NCBI GenBank assembly: GCA_000934665.2
Contig: JYFJ02004184.1
Coordinates: forward strand, 1 to 34,103
Length of the DNA stretch: 34,103 bases
Direction: 5' to 3'
Source: Catajapyx aquilonaris
Taxonomy: Eukaryota
In this document: piece by piece, positions 1-10,213 of the stretch
Numbering within the stretch: position 1 is the stretch's first letter
Layout: each line of letters begins with the position of its first letter
Translations under genes and position numbers: made by a program
Notes under the pieces: generated by a model
What the model was told of the DNA's origin: nothing
What the model saw: the letters and a program-made list of their open reading frames with translations, nothing else
Databases searched by the model: none

Positions 1-165
1 CGTCACTCACTCGATTTGTAAACAGTGGCAACAATGGAAGCACTCTCCATGTGCTGATGTTTGAATTGGCCCGCCGGACAGGGTTGCCAGGTAACGGGCT
101 ACAATATAAGCAGCTTAGGCCGAATTTGTCAATAACTAAAACGACAAAAAAGTTTGATCACCCTG
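1..165. mobile_element. Right end of a CAGGGTG-TIR Tc1/mariner-type MITE (left part outside the window)
   Basis: Ends ...taaaacgacaaaaaagtttgatcaccctg|TA, similar to the right TIR of the complete MITE at 15700-16033 (...taaaacgacacttgaagttggtccaccctg|TA). Confidence 0.55.
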
Positions 166-814
166 TATAAAAAACGCGTTTAAGCCTCACTTTTTTCGAT
201 ATTTAGGCGTTATATTAAGCCCTGGTAGCGGGAAAAATAATGACAAAATTCTTCCGCGCTAAATTAGATTATCTCACAAAGCACGGCGCAAACACGACAA
301 CAATAAGCTACAGAAAACACAGGAGGACTGCACCAGATGCAGGCTAGGCCCTTCTTTTCCGTTCGCGCCCTCATCCCACTTTTTAGGCACATATGATAAG
401 TCCGCGTCTGGGAATTCCGTTCCAGATGTGATTCGTTTTGCTGCTCAAATTTCCGATGAATTTTCCCAGGCTTTAACCACCTGGCTCCTTCCCTGGGGGG
501 GCCACGTGCTAGCAATAAATCCAGTGGGCAGCTCTAAGTCACTGCGCGACAGCCCCCCCCCCGAGAATCCTTTTTCCTCCATTAGGACCCCAAATTATAA
601 ACTTTTGGAGGGAATGTGTGAAAAAAGGTTGAATCCCGAACACACAGCTGGTGATTTATGGCCCAATTTGCCAACTTCCGCCCTTTTTCCGCCGAGAGGT
701 GGGACTTGCGGAGCAAATTTTTTCGTTATATGCGAACTGAAACCGAAAATCCTTTTGTTAAAAGCGGACATTTTTAATATGGGTTTATATGGGGCCTCTG
801 TCGGTCACAAATTT

Positions 815-872
815 TCTTTCGTTATAAGCGGATTTTCGTTATATCCGGATTCGTTATAGAGGGATTCCACTG
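815..872. mobile_element. Right terminus of a pogo/Tigger-type element
   Basis: Three ttcgttata subterminal repeats, then gagggattccactg|TA (reverse complement TA|CAGTGGAATCCCTC). Left end not located. Confidence 0.55.
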
Positions 873-1018
873 TACTAGGCTATGCTGGACCAAAGTATGT
901 GACATAGGCTACCGGTGACGTTGTACCAGTACCGGTGGCCCATGGAGTGTGGATAGTACACAAACAGTGATCAAGAATGACCTCATTCATGAACTGTGAG
1001 CTTTATTACTTCCCTAAA

Positions 1019-2803
1019 CTACGTTGATACAGTCACGCTTGAGGAGACCGAAAGGGAAACTCTTTGCGCTATTCGTGGACTTATCGCGCGCTTTTGACAG
1101 TGTAGACCATGCCGCTCTGTGGAGGCAGTTAATTTCGGTTGGCTTACCTTGGAAATTTGTCACAACTATTAAGGACATATACTCCAAAGTTCGCCTAGTC
1201 CCGAAGTGCGCGCAAAGCGAGGAGTTAGCAGTTGCGATAGGGGTCCCGCAGGGCGAACCTCTTTCTCCTACACTATTTAATATCTTCATATCAGACATTG
1301 AGGAATACTTTACGAATAATGGCGCTCCAGGGATATCGATAGCTACAAATTGTCCGGACGTGCACCTTCTTGCCTACGCTGATGATCTGGTTCTTTTGTC
1401 AGACAACCCAGTATATTTCGAGAAGAACATAACCATTCTTCACAACTACTTTAAAACTAAAAATCTGACGATTAATTTGGGAAAGACGAAGGTAATGGTT
1501 TTCTCGAACGCCGGAAGAATGCACAGCCGGACTTTCTATTTGGACGCGGTGCCGCTGCAACAAGTTAAAGAATACACATATTTGGGTGTGCCTTTCTACA
1601 ACAACGGAAATTTTAAACGTTCCTTGCAGTTCTTCATAGGGAAAGCGAAAGTGGCAATTCACGCGCTCTGGGCCACTCTATTGAAACTCAAGATAAGAGA
1701 TCTCAAGGTGGCGCTCAGACTCTTCTACTCGAAGATTTTTCCGATACTGACCTACGCGGCGCCGGTCTGGTCCTTGGGCTATTTTGAAGAGTTAGAAGCA
1801 ATTTATAACTTATATATAAAGAAGTTTTTCGCACTGCCGAAAACTACCGCCGGATATTTTTTGCGACTTGAACTCAACTTAAAACCCATTCGACCGCGTT
1901 TGATCAAATTGCTCATACGGTTTCTTCTTAAATTGGGCAGAGCTGGAAGAGACTCGCTGCTTCATAGGGCATTTACGTGCAGCCAAAGAACAGTATCGGG
2001 GCACAAGAAGTCAAAATCCTGGATAGAAAGGGCGAGGGTACACCTAGCGGAAGCGGATGCTGCTCTTGAATGCCTCGAGGATACTGATATGGCTGCATCC
2101 CTCGCTAAGCTGACCGAAAACTGTCACCGGGACGACTTGCTGAGACTTAACTCAACTACACGATATGTAAACTATCTGGATGCTTGGCAAGACATCCTGA
2201 ACATACCACCTTATTTGGACGGGTCTTTGCCACTCTCTATATCAAGGCTTATTATCAATATTAAAAATAATTCACCATATATTCGGATAAAAGATCAGAC
2301 TTTGAAGTTAAACAATGATGAATACTGCGAATACTGCAATTTAGATGAGCCTTTCACTTTATATCATATAATCTACAGTTGCCCTATATTTGCAACCCCT
2401 AGACAAATTTTCCTAAATAATTTTCCGTCGGCCCCTGGTTTTAATTTAGTCCGAATGACCAATAACCTGACTCGCGAGGATCACTACAGCCTTTTTAACT
2501 TCACCTCGAATGTGCTCAGAAGAGTAACATTCTGTGCATATTGAAGAAACGAGCAGTGAAATTCTTTTCCGCTTTCGCATGCGACATGCCGCTTCCCCAA
2601 TTTCTTGGGCCCAGGTTATATACTGTATTTGTGAACTCTACAAGTGTTTTGGCCCCGCTTACCTGCTTTTTGTTAACTGATAACCCACACATGCACCTCA
2701 TGCTTCTTTCCTTGCCCCACCCTCCTTGAAATTAAGTTTGTACGGATGTCTCCCCCAAATGGCTTATGCCCAACGGGGTAAATTAAATTTAAAAAAAAAA
2801 AAA
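1019..2803 (+). mobile_element. 5'-truncated non-LTR retrotransposon (RTE-X-like LINE)
   Basis: RT ORF, about 250-bp 3' UTR, poly(A) at 2791-2803, and a perfect TSD attacttccctaaa at 1005-1018 and 2804-2817. Confidence 0.93.
1021..2544 (+). CDS. LINE reverse transcriptase ORF, N-terminally truncated (no endonuclease domain or true start codon)
   Basis: Motifs FVDLSRAFDSV, GVPQGEPLSPTLF, LAYADDLVL, KTKVMVF, YTYLGV, PILTYAAPVW and C-terminal CEYC..H....C. The frame is open from the truncation point to the TGA at 2542-2544. Confidence 0.92.
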   Translation, partial: TLIQSRLRRPKGKLFALFVDLSRAFDSVDHAALWRQLISVGLPWKFVTTIKDIYSKVRLVPKCAQSEELAVAIGVPQGEPLSPTLFNIFISDIEEYFTNNGAPGISIATNCPDVHLLAYADDLVLLSDNPVYFEKNITILHNYFKTKNLTINLGKTKVMVFSNAGRMHSRTFYLDAVPLQQVKEYTYLGVPFYNNGNFKRSLQFFIGKAKVAIHALWATLLKLKIRDLKVALRLFYSKIFPILTYAAPVWSLGYFEELEAIYNLYIKKFFALPKTTAGYFLRLELNLKPIRPRLIKLLIRFLLKLGRAGRDSLLHRAFTCSQRTVSGHKKSKSWIERARVHLAEADAALECLEDTDMAASLAKLTENCHRDDLLRLNSTTRYVNYLDAWQDILNIPPYLDGSLPLSISRLIINIKNNSPYIRIKDQTLKLNNDEYCEYCNLDEPFTLYHIIYSCPIFATPRQIFLNNFPSAPGFNLVRMTNNLTREDHYSLFNFTSNVLRRVTFCAY

Positions 2804-3392
2804 ATTACTTCCCTAAAATTATGGTGTACTGTACTGCAATTCTGCGGCTGAGATCGCATCGAAATGGCATGATTTGCGTCGGATGTGCAGTGTGACGTAT
2901 CGTCATCCAAAAGCTGCGCATACATTCTGTCTTGATGCAACAAATCGGGGTGGTGTCGCACAGAGTTTGATATCAGGGAAAACACGATCGAAAATGACAG
3001 CTCCTCAACTAAACTGTTTAAGTGCATAAAAACATGTCTGCTAATGTTTTCGGGGTCGCTGATTTTGAATTGTAGGTTATTTTGAACATAGACCTACAGG
3101 GTGTACCAAAAACACACGATCGAATTAATAACTTGTAGAATAGATACTATTACTATGTTAAAAAATTCCTCCTTGCTTTTTCTGGGTTTCTGATTCAGAT
3201 TTTTAGGTTACTTAGAAACTGGAACTACAGGGTGTACCAAAAACCTTTGTATTTAAGAACTTAGAATAAACATAAGTAGTATTAGTAATTAAGTAATTAA
3301 GGAGATAATTAAGTACCGGTAGTATTAACCTAATACAATTTATGAAAAGAGACCAGATATTCTATCAATGAAATATTTCGTAGCATATTTAA

Positions 3393-3654
3393 TCACATCA
3401 CCACCACCATCACCACCTCCACCACCATCATCACCATCACCACCACCATCACCACCACCATCACCATCCCCACTCGCACCACACGCAAGCATCGCCTACA
3501 AACCACACTTTGTCCACCCTCCACCATCACCACCACCACTTACCATCCATGGCACCTCCTGCCNCCACCATCACCACCACCATCACCATCACCACCATCA
3601 CCATCACTGTCATCACCACCTATATCATCACCACCATCACTACCATCATCATCA
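3393..3654 (+). repeat. Degenerate (CAC/CAT)n microsatellite
   Basis: Trinucleotide CAC/CAT runs; source of the poly-P/H/T ORFs. Confidence 0.95.
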
Positions 3655-4086
3655 GAATCGGACTTCACATCACTTGGTTGGGTCACATTCAGTAAGGAGA
3701 GGACTTCCTGATCGAACTTTCTGTTCTACTTATGTGACTGGTAGGCCAAAGAACTTAACCTAGGATCTGAGCTTAAAGGGACACTCCACTCAAAATACAA
3801 GTTGGGCTCTAAAAATCGGGAAAGAGATCCTGACTCCGAGGGTATAAGCAGTTTTTCTGAGAGACGAACGNTCCTGAGCTTCCTCTGACAATTCCCCTAT
3901 GGGCAGCATAAAAAGGCGAAAAGCCTTATGGGGTAATTATAAATATATAAAAAATATTTTAAAAACTTGTATGCAAAGAAGCCAGAGTTGCCATAGAATC
4001 CCCATTTGCATTGCAGTATGTAGGACCTATCACTTTCCCCTCGCTCTGGTTCTGAGAGTTGATTTTGCAACAACTTTTACCCTTAA

Positions 4087-4262
4087 AGGCCCATACACAC
4101 AGGCGGTCGACGGTTTTGGTATTTGGTCGCGTTGACGCCGCGAACCAATCAACAAGCGCAACACAAGTGTTGAGCTTGTTTACATGAGTCATGATTGGTC
4201 GCGGCGTCAACGCGACCAAAGACCAAAACCGCCGACCGCCTGTGCCTTTACTCTGAGAGCCT
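4087..4262. mobile_element. Palindromic MITE, TTAA-flanked, AGG..CCT ends (Kolobok-like)
   Basis: TTAA at 4083-4086 and 4263-4266. Internal arms cacaggcggtcgacggttttggt..cgcgttgacgccgcgaaccaatca are inverted. Confidence 0.75.
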
Positions 4263-4670
4263 TTAAATTCCATGGTGTTTTTGGTACACCCTGTAAGTCT
4301 GGGTTTAACATTGGCTAATAAATAAAACTAAGCTTTTGAGAACACATGGGAAAACATTATTTTCACCTGTTTATAACGTTTATTCTAGAAGTTATTCAAT
4401 ACCATGGTGGTGTTTTTGGTACACCCTAGGTTAAAAAGAACCCAAACTTTGAAATTAGCAACCCCGAAAACATGGGGAGGCACGGTTTTTACACACTTAA
4501 ACAGTTTAGTTGAGTAGCTCTCATTTTCAATTGTGTTTTTTTCTGATATCCAACCCTGTGTGTCGCACCAAAATTGCATGACTTGTGCCCGGCCTAAGGA
4601 AAGGCCTCATAGCAAGAATCACAATTTGAGCTGTTATAGCACACTTATTCTCTAGTAGCCTGCAAAGTTG

Positions 4671-4757
4671 AAGTACTTTCGGTGCAGAAATGGAATGGAC
4701 ACGAGGGGGTTAGCTGACCATTGACAAGTGTCTGTACCATTTCCACGGCGATAGTAC
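4671..4757. repeat. Small imperfect inverted repeat (MITE remnant)
   Basis: gtactttcggtgcagaaatggaatggacac versus rc gtactatcgccgtggaaatggtacagacac. Confidence 0.5.
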
Positions 4758-4828
4758 ACTGATAGTCTATGAACTGCATAAATATACTGAATCCACTGCA
4801 ATGAAGACGTTGAAATCATCAATTTTGA

Positions 4829-5228
4829 CATTAATTTTAATAATGAACCTGAGGGGCTACACAGACCCGAAAACAATATTTACAATTAATGACAAAATAT
4901 CTACCACGGAATTTAATATGTTTATGGCTCGCTGACTTTTTCTGATATTACTACACTTTGGCGTGCAACATTTAATGGTGTTATTTATAAATAAATAAAA
5001 ATGTGAAGTCATGATCTATTTAGACCTCAATCCTATGTGCTACGATAAAAAATGCAATTGAATTAATGCGAAATGGCTTTTAAAATTCTGCATTTAAAAA
5101 TGCACAGAAAATTCGATATCTACAATCAGTGATAAACATTTTCAAATTCCGTGGTGGATTTTTTGTAATTAATTTTAATGCTGTCTTCAGGTTTGTGTGG
5201 CCCCTCAGGTTTGTTATTAAAATTAATG
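4829..5228. mobile_element. Fold-back MITE remnant with about 85-bp arms
   Basis: cattaattttaataatgaacctgaggggctacacagacc...ctaccacggaattt (4829-4914) is inverted at about 5144-5228. Confidence 0.7.
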
Positions 5229-5771
5229 GGCTGCTAAGTAACATATATAAACGTAGTGGCAGCAATTTTTACCACATTCCACGGAAATTCACTGTCCAAG
5301 TGTAATAATATTTATGTCAGTTGTTAATTGTCAAATCAATTTCAACTTTGGTGTCCGCCTAACTACAATGTTATGCTTCATAATTATCTATTCTAAAGTC
5401 CAGATAATCATAAAGGTAATTTTTTAAAAATCCTAATGCAAGTTTTTCCCTTATGACCATCCCCGGTTTCGCCCATGTCGCCGTTTTTTTGCGTCCTTGC
5501 GAGGTACAGTGGGTACAGTGGTCACGATGTTAAGCCTGGTAACTGATAATTAAATTGATGAGATAAAATTGGGATGAGCGAGGGCGTATTTTCGTGGTGA
5601 AAAGCACTCCCAATGCAACACTTCTACACCTGTTAGGAATCATCCGCCATGTTCACTTACACTGGATTACGCCCGAATCGGCGCCAGATGGCAGCACTTG
5701 CCAGCTACACGGTCCCTATAGACATGCCAGATGAATTGGCTGTACAAAACATTTAACTTTTCAAGAATGAT

Positions 5772-6066
5772 CCAGTTGCTTTGTGTGATGTTGAAAGGTC
5801 ATTTTCATCGTATAAAGATGTACTGTCACACAGGCATCGCCGACAAATAATAATTTTAAAAACCAAAATATGGAACAACTGCTAATTTGCTACTGTGTTG
5901 GAAAATTACCCGCCCAAGAGTAGGCTGTATGTGCTTGCATGGGGCTGAAGATAAATTAGGACCTGCTTGATTTTTACTGCTTATTTAAGAGCTTATTTTA
6001 ACTGTTTTCAGGACCTAAATGCCTACCTATTTGAGGGTTTTTTAGAACCCAGAAATTCGTTCTTTG
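5772..6066 (+). mobile_element. 3' remnant of a hAT element (transposase dimerisation C-terminus plus right end)
   Basis: 5772 onward reads PVALCDVERSFSSYKDVLSHRHRR, then after a frameshift NMEQLLICYC (hAT ERxFS motif). Followed by aggacct repeats and a TIR-like end aaattcgttctttg. Confidence 0.7.
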
Positions 6067-6070
6067 ATTA

Positions 6071-6727
6071 CACAGGCCTGCAATGAAAAAACTTCATGGA
6101 AACTAATAGCCGATTCTGATAGATGTCTGGGTACTGATTTCAGGAAAAGTACTTAACAAGTTCCATAGCCATAGATACTGTGTTAAGCTTCTATGGGAAC
6201 TGATGGGTATTTAGTGACAACTAATGGTTCTAGTACCATCATTAGGATAATTCAAAAACCAGAGTGTCAGAAAATGAGGTCTTATGATGGCTTACTCCTT
6301 TTTGTTTCCCATTTCTCCACACTCCGTACACTTTACTCAGTGTTTCTCGAGGTGTCATGTCTCAAGGAGTTTTTATCCTTAGTAATTGAGTTTATTTGCG
6401 GATTTATTATGTGAAGTGAACTAAATGGCTACAAGGGGCTCTATTTAATCACATGATTCCTTTTGTTACATTTATGGGGAAAGAAACAACAAAAAATTAG
6501 ACTTTATGATACAATATGACAACAAATTCATACATTTAATCAAGAAAAAAATTAAACAGAATACATAATGTAGACTTCATTCCCATATTTTCAAATCAAC
6601 TTTGTGGAAAATCCTTGGGTGATGGAGAAAAACGGAGGTCATATTTGAAATCAGCACACCAAACAACATTAGAATTAGTCAAAATCTTGTAAGAAGTTTT
6701 TAATGACCGTAATTTTGCAGTCCTGTG
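6071..6727. mobile_element. Unclassified non-autonomous DNA transposon
   Basis: TIR cacaggcctgcaa / ttgcagtcctgtg, with TTA directly on both sides. Confidence 0.55.
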
Positions 6728-6750
6728 TTAGCATTAATTGAGATTTTTCC

Positions 6751-7060
6751 TGCGGTAACGCACACGCCCACGGATGTTACGGTCCCGGGTTCGATCCCAG
6801 CCCGGGGACACCTTCTTCATCTCGTGCAGAGTTCAGGGTCACCTCTGGCTTCGTCTCGGGTGGTATTTCCTATAGACTAAACCACCCGGGGGGAGTTCAC
6901 TAAAAATGGCCACAGCGTCAGATGCACTGCACCTTGCACATCCCCTCCTGTCATCCTGCCCGTGGACCCGGGCGATACGCTAATGTATTATGTATACACC
7001 AACAGCTAATAATAAAGGTCTATGCGATAAACCCTGATGGGTGAAAGCATTACCCAACCA

Positions 7061-7132
<72 letters not shown>
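6751..7132 (+). mobile_element. tRNA-derived SINE family A, slightly 5'-truncated
   Basis: B-box ggttcgatccc, (ATT)n tail, TSD attaat(t/g)gagatttttcc at 6733-6750 and 7133-7150. Homologous to 13719-14069. Confidence 0.9.
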
Positions 7133-7139
<7 letters not shown>

Positions 7140-7302
7140 GAGATTTTTCCCTCAATTTTGCAGGACCGCCAAAATTCCCCTGAAGCAGAGAACAAGGGCC
7201 GGGTGAGGCTTGCTAAGAGAGGACCTAGTCATCCAAACAGGTAGAGCCACTTTTTTGGTAATTTTCTGTGCTTTGTATAGTTATTTTACCACAAATGTAT
7301 GT

Positions 7303-7412
7303 GGGTGGAATTTTTGTCCCACTGCTAGTTACTGCTAACTTGGCAGTACCAAAATGTTGGCGATGGTACTGCTAAGTTAGCAGTAACTAGCAGTGGGATG
7401 AAAATTCCACCG
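7303..7412. mobile_element. About 110-bp hairpin MITE (GGGTGGAATTTT TIR, PIF/Harbinger-like), copy 1
   Basis: Nearly fully palindromic; second copy at 18876-18983. Confidence 0.85.
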
Positions 7413-7493
7413 TATGTGAATAGCACTATACAGGATGAAGGGAAACTCGCGGACAGTCGCCAGAGAGACTGATTGTACTGGTAAAGCGAATAT

Positions 7494-7765
7494 TTATTTT
7501 TATTTATTTATTTATTTATCATACCCTGTGCTAGAGCCTTTGGCTCCCTTAGGGGGGTGGATTACCACCATTGGATGGGACCAGGGATAGGGAAGGAAGG
7601 AAACCGCTGTGGCCTATTTTTACGGAATTGACCTCGGAATTGTCCTGGAGGGGACCATGGAAAACCACAGAAAACCATGGTCAGGGTCGCCGGCCCCGGG
7701 ATTCGAACCCACGACCTCCCGATTAGCAGGCGGGCTCCTTATCCCCTACACCAACCTGCTTCGGT
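7494..7765 (-). mobile_element. tRNA-derived SINE family B
   Basis: rc B-box ggttcgaatccc, (AAAT)n tail, degenerate TSD gtaaagcgaatat / gtaaaactaatat. Homologous to 9394-9688 and 28097-28381. Confidence 0.88.
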
Positions 7766-8099
7766 TGTAAAACTAATATACGGATGTGCAATTAGTTTTG
7801 GGCGCCGTTGCATAGTTAATGATTACGGCGCCTTCAAAGTTTCGATACGTCACATCCATTCTGCCAGCGTCAAAGAAGCAAAAGCCAGCTCGAGGGCCTC
7901 CGAATAATCCGGCCTTGGGTCCGTAACACATCTCCATGTGCAATTGGTGATCAAATCCTGTCAGTAAGAATCCGGGTATGACACCCGTACACTTTGTCGT
8001 TTTTACCTCACGTTTTACGAGGAGTGATCAGAAAGTAAGGTCTCCAAGGCTGTAACGTTTATTCTGGATGAACACAAATGACGAAACTTACAGGGTACA

Positions 8100-8519
8100 T
8101 GAGGACAATGGACATCTTTACTACATATTTTCCACACCGAAGAACGCACTTATCCCATTGCCAGACCAGTTTCTCAATCCCTTCCCAATAGAAAGGGGTG
8201 CCCTGTTGACAGCACCAGTCACGCACAGCCTTCTTCACCTCATCGTCGCTTCGGAAATGCTGACCTGCCATGTCTGCTTTCAGGGCTCTGAATAAGTGAT
8301 AGTCTGTGAGGGCTACGTTGGGACTATAGGGTGGGTGAGGAAGAACTTCCCAGTCGTATCCATTCATCAAAGCCATGGTATCCCTCGATGTGTCTTGACG
8401 GGCGTTGTCGTGGAGAAGGATGACCACAGCAGTGAGCAATCCTGGTCGTTTCCACCTGATGGCCTTCCACAACTTCGCCAGGGTCACTGCGTATCTCTCA
8501 AAATTGATAGTCGTGACTT
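8100..8519 (-). pseudogene. Mariner transposase C-terminal fragment (left arm)
   Basis: TTINFERY..AIRWKRPG..LLHDNAR..HPPYSPNVALTDYHLF..WDKCV. Confidence 0.9.
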
Positions 8520-8853
8520 CCAGGATTGCTCACTGCTGGGGTCATCCTTCTCCACGACAATGCCCGTCCGCACACATCGAGGGACACCATGGCTTTGCTG
8601 AATGGATACGACTGGGAAGTTCTTCCTCACCCACCCTGTAGTCCCGACCTAGCAATCACAGACTATCACTTAATTCAGAGCCCTGAAAGCAGACATGGCA
8701 GGTCAGCATTTCCGAAGCGACGATGAGGTGAAGAAGGCTGTACGTGACTGGTGCTGTCAACAGGGCACCCCTTTCTATTGGGAAGGGATTGAGAAACTGG
8801 TCTGGCAATGGGATAAGTGCGTTCTTCGGTGTGGAAACTATGTAGTAAAGTAG
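8520..8853 (+). pseudogene. Mariner transposase C-terminal fragment (right arm, frameshifted near 8670)
   Basis: LLHDNARPHT..HPPCSPDLAITDYHL, then the frame changes. Confidence 0.9.
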
Positions 8854-9299
8854 ATGTCCATTGTCCTCATCTACCCTGTAAGTTTCGTCATTTGTGTTCA
8901 TACAGAATAAAGGTTACAGCCTTGGAGACCTTACTTTCTGATCACTCCTCGTACCATTTGGCCATCTACACTTTCAAGGCGCCGTACGCATTAACTATGC
9001 AATGGCGCCAAAAACTAATTGCATATCCCTACATTAGTTTTGTGAGTACTATCAGTCTACCTGGCGATTGTCCGCAAGTTTCCCTTCACCCTGTATATGA
9101 TAGTAACTATACGTTACTAAACTCAGCCTCTGGCGCAACAGAGGTATACAAGTAGCAATAAAATAACAATAAGTAACCAATAGGAAAGTTCAGCAGTGCT
9201 GACAGTTCTGAGTTTAGCAACACACTCATAGGGATGTGTGTATCATATCTGACTTATCTGGAGTACATATTGTCAGTTGGTGTGGTAATGTAATTTTAA

Positions 9300-9790
9300 G
9301 GGTCATATTCAGAAACACACTCCAGTGAAGGACTTGCATCTACCCAGGTCTTAAAATTACGTTCATTCAGAGACACAGACTGAACTTATATTAATAATAA
9401 TAATATAATAATTCATACCCCGTTATCAGCCGGCGGCTCTTTAGGGGGGATATATATTTTTTTGACTGGAACTCTTCGTTTCGTTTTTACTGCGCTTTTT
9501 GGGATAGGATAGGAAAGGAAGGAGGCGGCAGTGGCCTATTAGTTTAGGAAACAACTCCGGAATTCTCCTGGAGGAACCGTGGGAAACCACAGAAAACCAA
9601 GGTTAGAGTTTCCGGCACCGGGATTCGAACCCAGAACCTCCCGATTAGCAGTTGGATACCATTTCCCCTTCGGCACCACTGCTTCGGTGACTGAACTTAT
9701 ATTATTCTAGTCTAAGGCTAGTCAGGGATCAGTCCACCCTGGAGAAGTTAGATCTGGGGAGAAAGGTAGTGTGTGATGGACTAAGGTGGC
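9300..9790. mobile_element. PIF/Harbinger-like terminal fragment split by a SINE
   Basis: Starts gggtcatattcagaaacacactcc, resembling 17335-17465 (rc) and the ends of 20022-21829. Confidence 0.4.
9394..9688 (-). mobile_element. tRNA-derived SINE family B, full length
   Basis: Perfect 16-bp TSD gactgaacttatatta at 9378-9393 and 9689-9704, B-box, (ATT)n tail. Confidence 0.93.
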
Positions 9791-10213
9791 TTAACTGATG
9801 ATGTCGGTTAGTGTACCATCCTTTTCAGTTCAGTGCCAAAATGCATGTCCATAGCCATTTTGGCTCTAACTGATCAAGCAGGATGAACGTCATTGTCAGG
9901 GGCGGATCCAGAGAGGAATTTTGGGGGAGGAACTATTCTGTATTAATGTTTCCCCCCACCCACCCCCTCGTTTTCAAAGCTAGGCGCGTAAGCAGAAATA
10001 TTTTTGGAGGGGGGCCCATTTCATAAGCATTAGGTGAACAAGCCATAACTGGCGGGGAGGAAGCCCGCTGCAGGCACAAATTTTTTGGGGGGTACAAGGT
10101 CACACGAGCTTAGGTGAATGTGGGAGGTGTGAGTTTAGTATGAAACTAGGCCGCGCGACAGCGGCCGTTCGAAAAAATTGTGGTTCGAATGAAATCTGAG
10201 GTGATTGTTATAA

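Larger units (their letters stand above)
2959..4560. mobile_element. Non-autonomous Transib-like element with long diverged TIRs
   Basis: Termini CACAGAGtttgatatcag / CACAGGGttggatatcag (rc). 5-bp TSD TGTCG at 2954-2958 and 4561-4565. Inverted similarity between about 2959-3245 and 4275-4560. Confidence 0.8.
2835..4594. mobile_element. Degraded PIF/Harbinger-like MITE interrupted by the Transib-type element
   Basis: Right end aaaattgcatgacttgtgcccggcc|TAA. Only a weak left counterpart (tgcaattctg) near 2835. Confidence 0.3.
8018..8951. mobile_element. Fold-back mariner made of two inverted 3' halves
   Basis: TA|cgaggagtgatcagaaagtaaggtctccaagg TIRs. Arms about 8018-8445 and 8520-8951 both encode the transposase C-terminus (HDNAR, HPPYSP, WDKC). 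Confidence 0.93.
7431..9093. mobile_element. CAGGGTG-TIR MITE (TA TSD) carrying a nested SINE and a fold-back mariner
   Basis: TA|caggatgaagggaaactcgcggaca ... tgtccgcaagtttcccttcaccctg|TA. The long left TIR is split by the SINE and resumes at about 7767. Confidence 0.85.

Noticed and set aside
264..859. ORFs 264-515 and 428-859, and most other short ORFs in the track
   Set aside because: No recognisable motifs; many use non-ATG starts and lie in or antisense to TEs.
3226..3245. cagggtg followed by ccaaaaacc as an RSS (8/9 nonamer match)
   Set aside because: Spacing is 2 nt rather than 12 or 23, and it is an internal subterminal repeat.
3368..3763. Pro/His-rich ORF (and overlapping 3510-3695)
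   Set aside because: Translation of a CAC/CAT microsatellite inside a TE; no supporting gene structure.
3778..4082. TTAA-flanked segment as a Kolobok element
   Set aside because: The left end fits (TTAA|agggacact) but the right end is a poor inverted match.
6751..6810. Possible tRNA genes at SINE heads (also about 7690-7765, 9615-9688, 14000-14069, 28097-28170)
   Set aside because: Each continues into a shared body and tail with a TSD; no full cloverleaf.
6980..7244. Poly-Leu (signal-peptide-like) and poly-Asn ORFs
   Set aside because: They read through the (ATT)n SINE tail.
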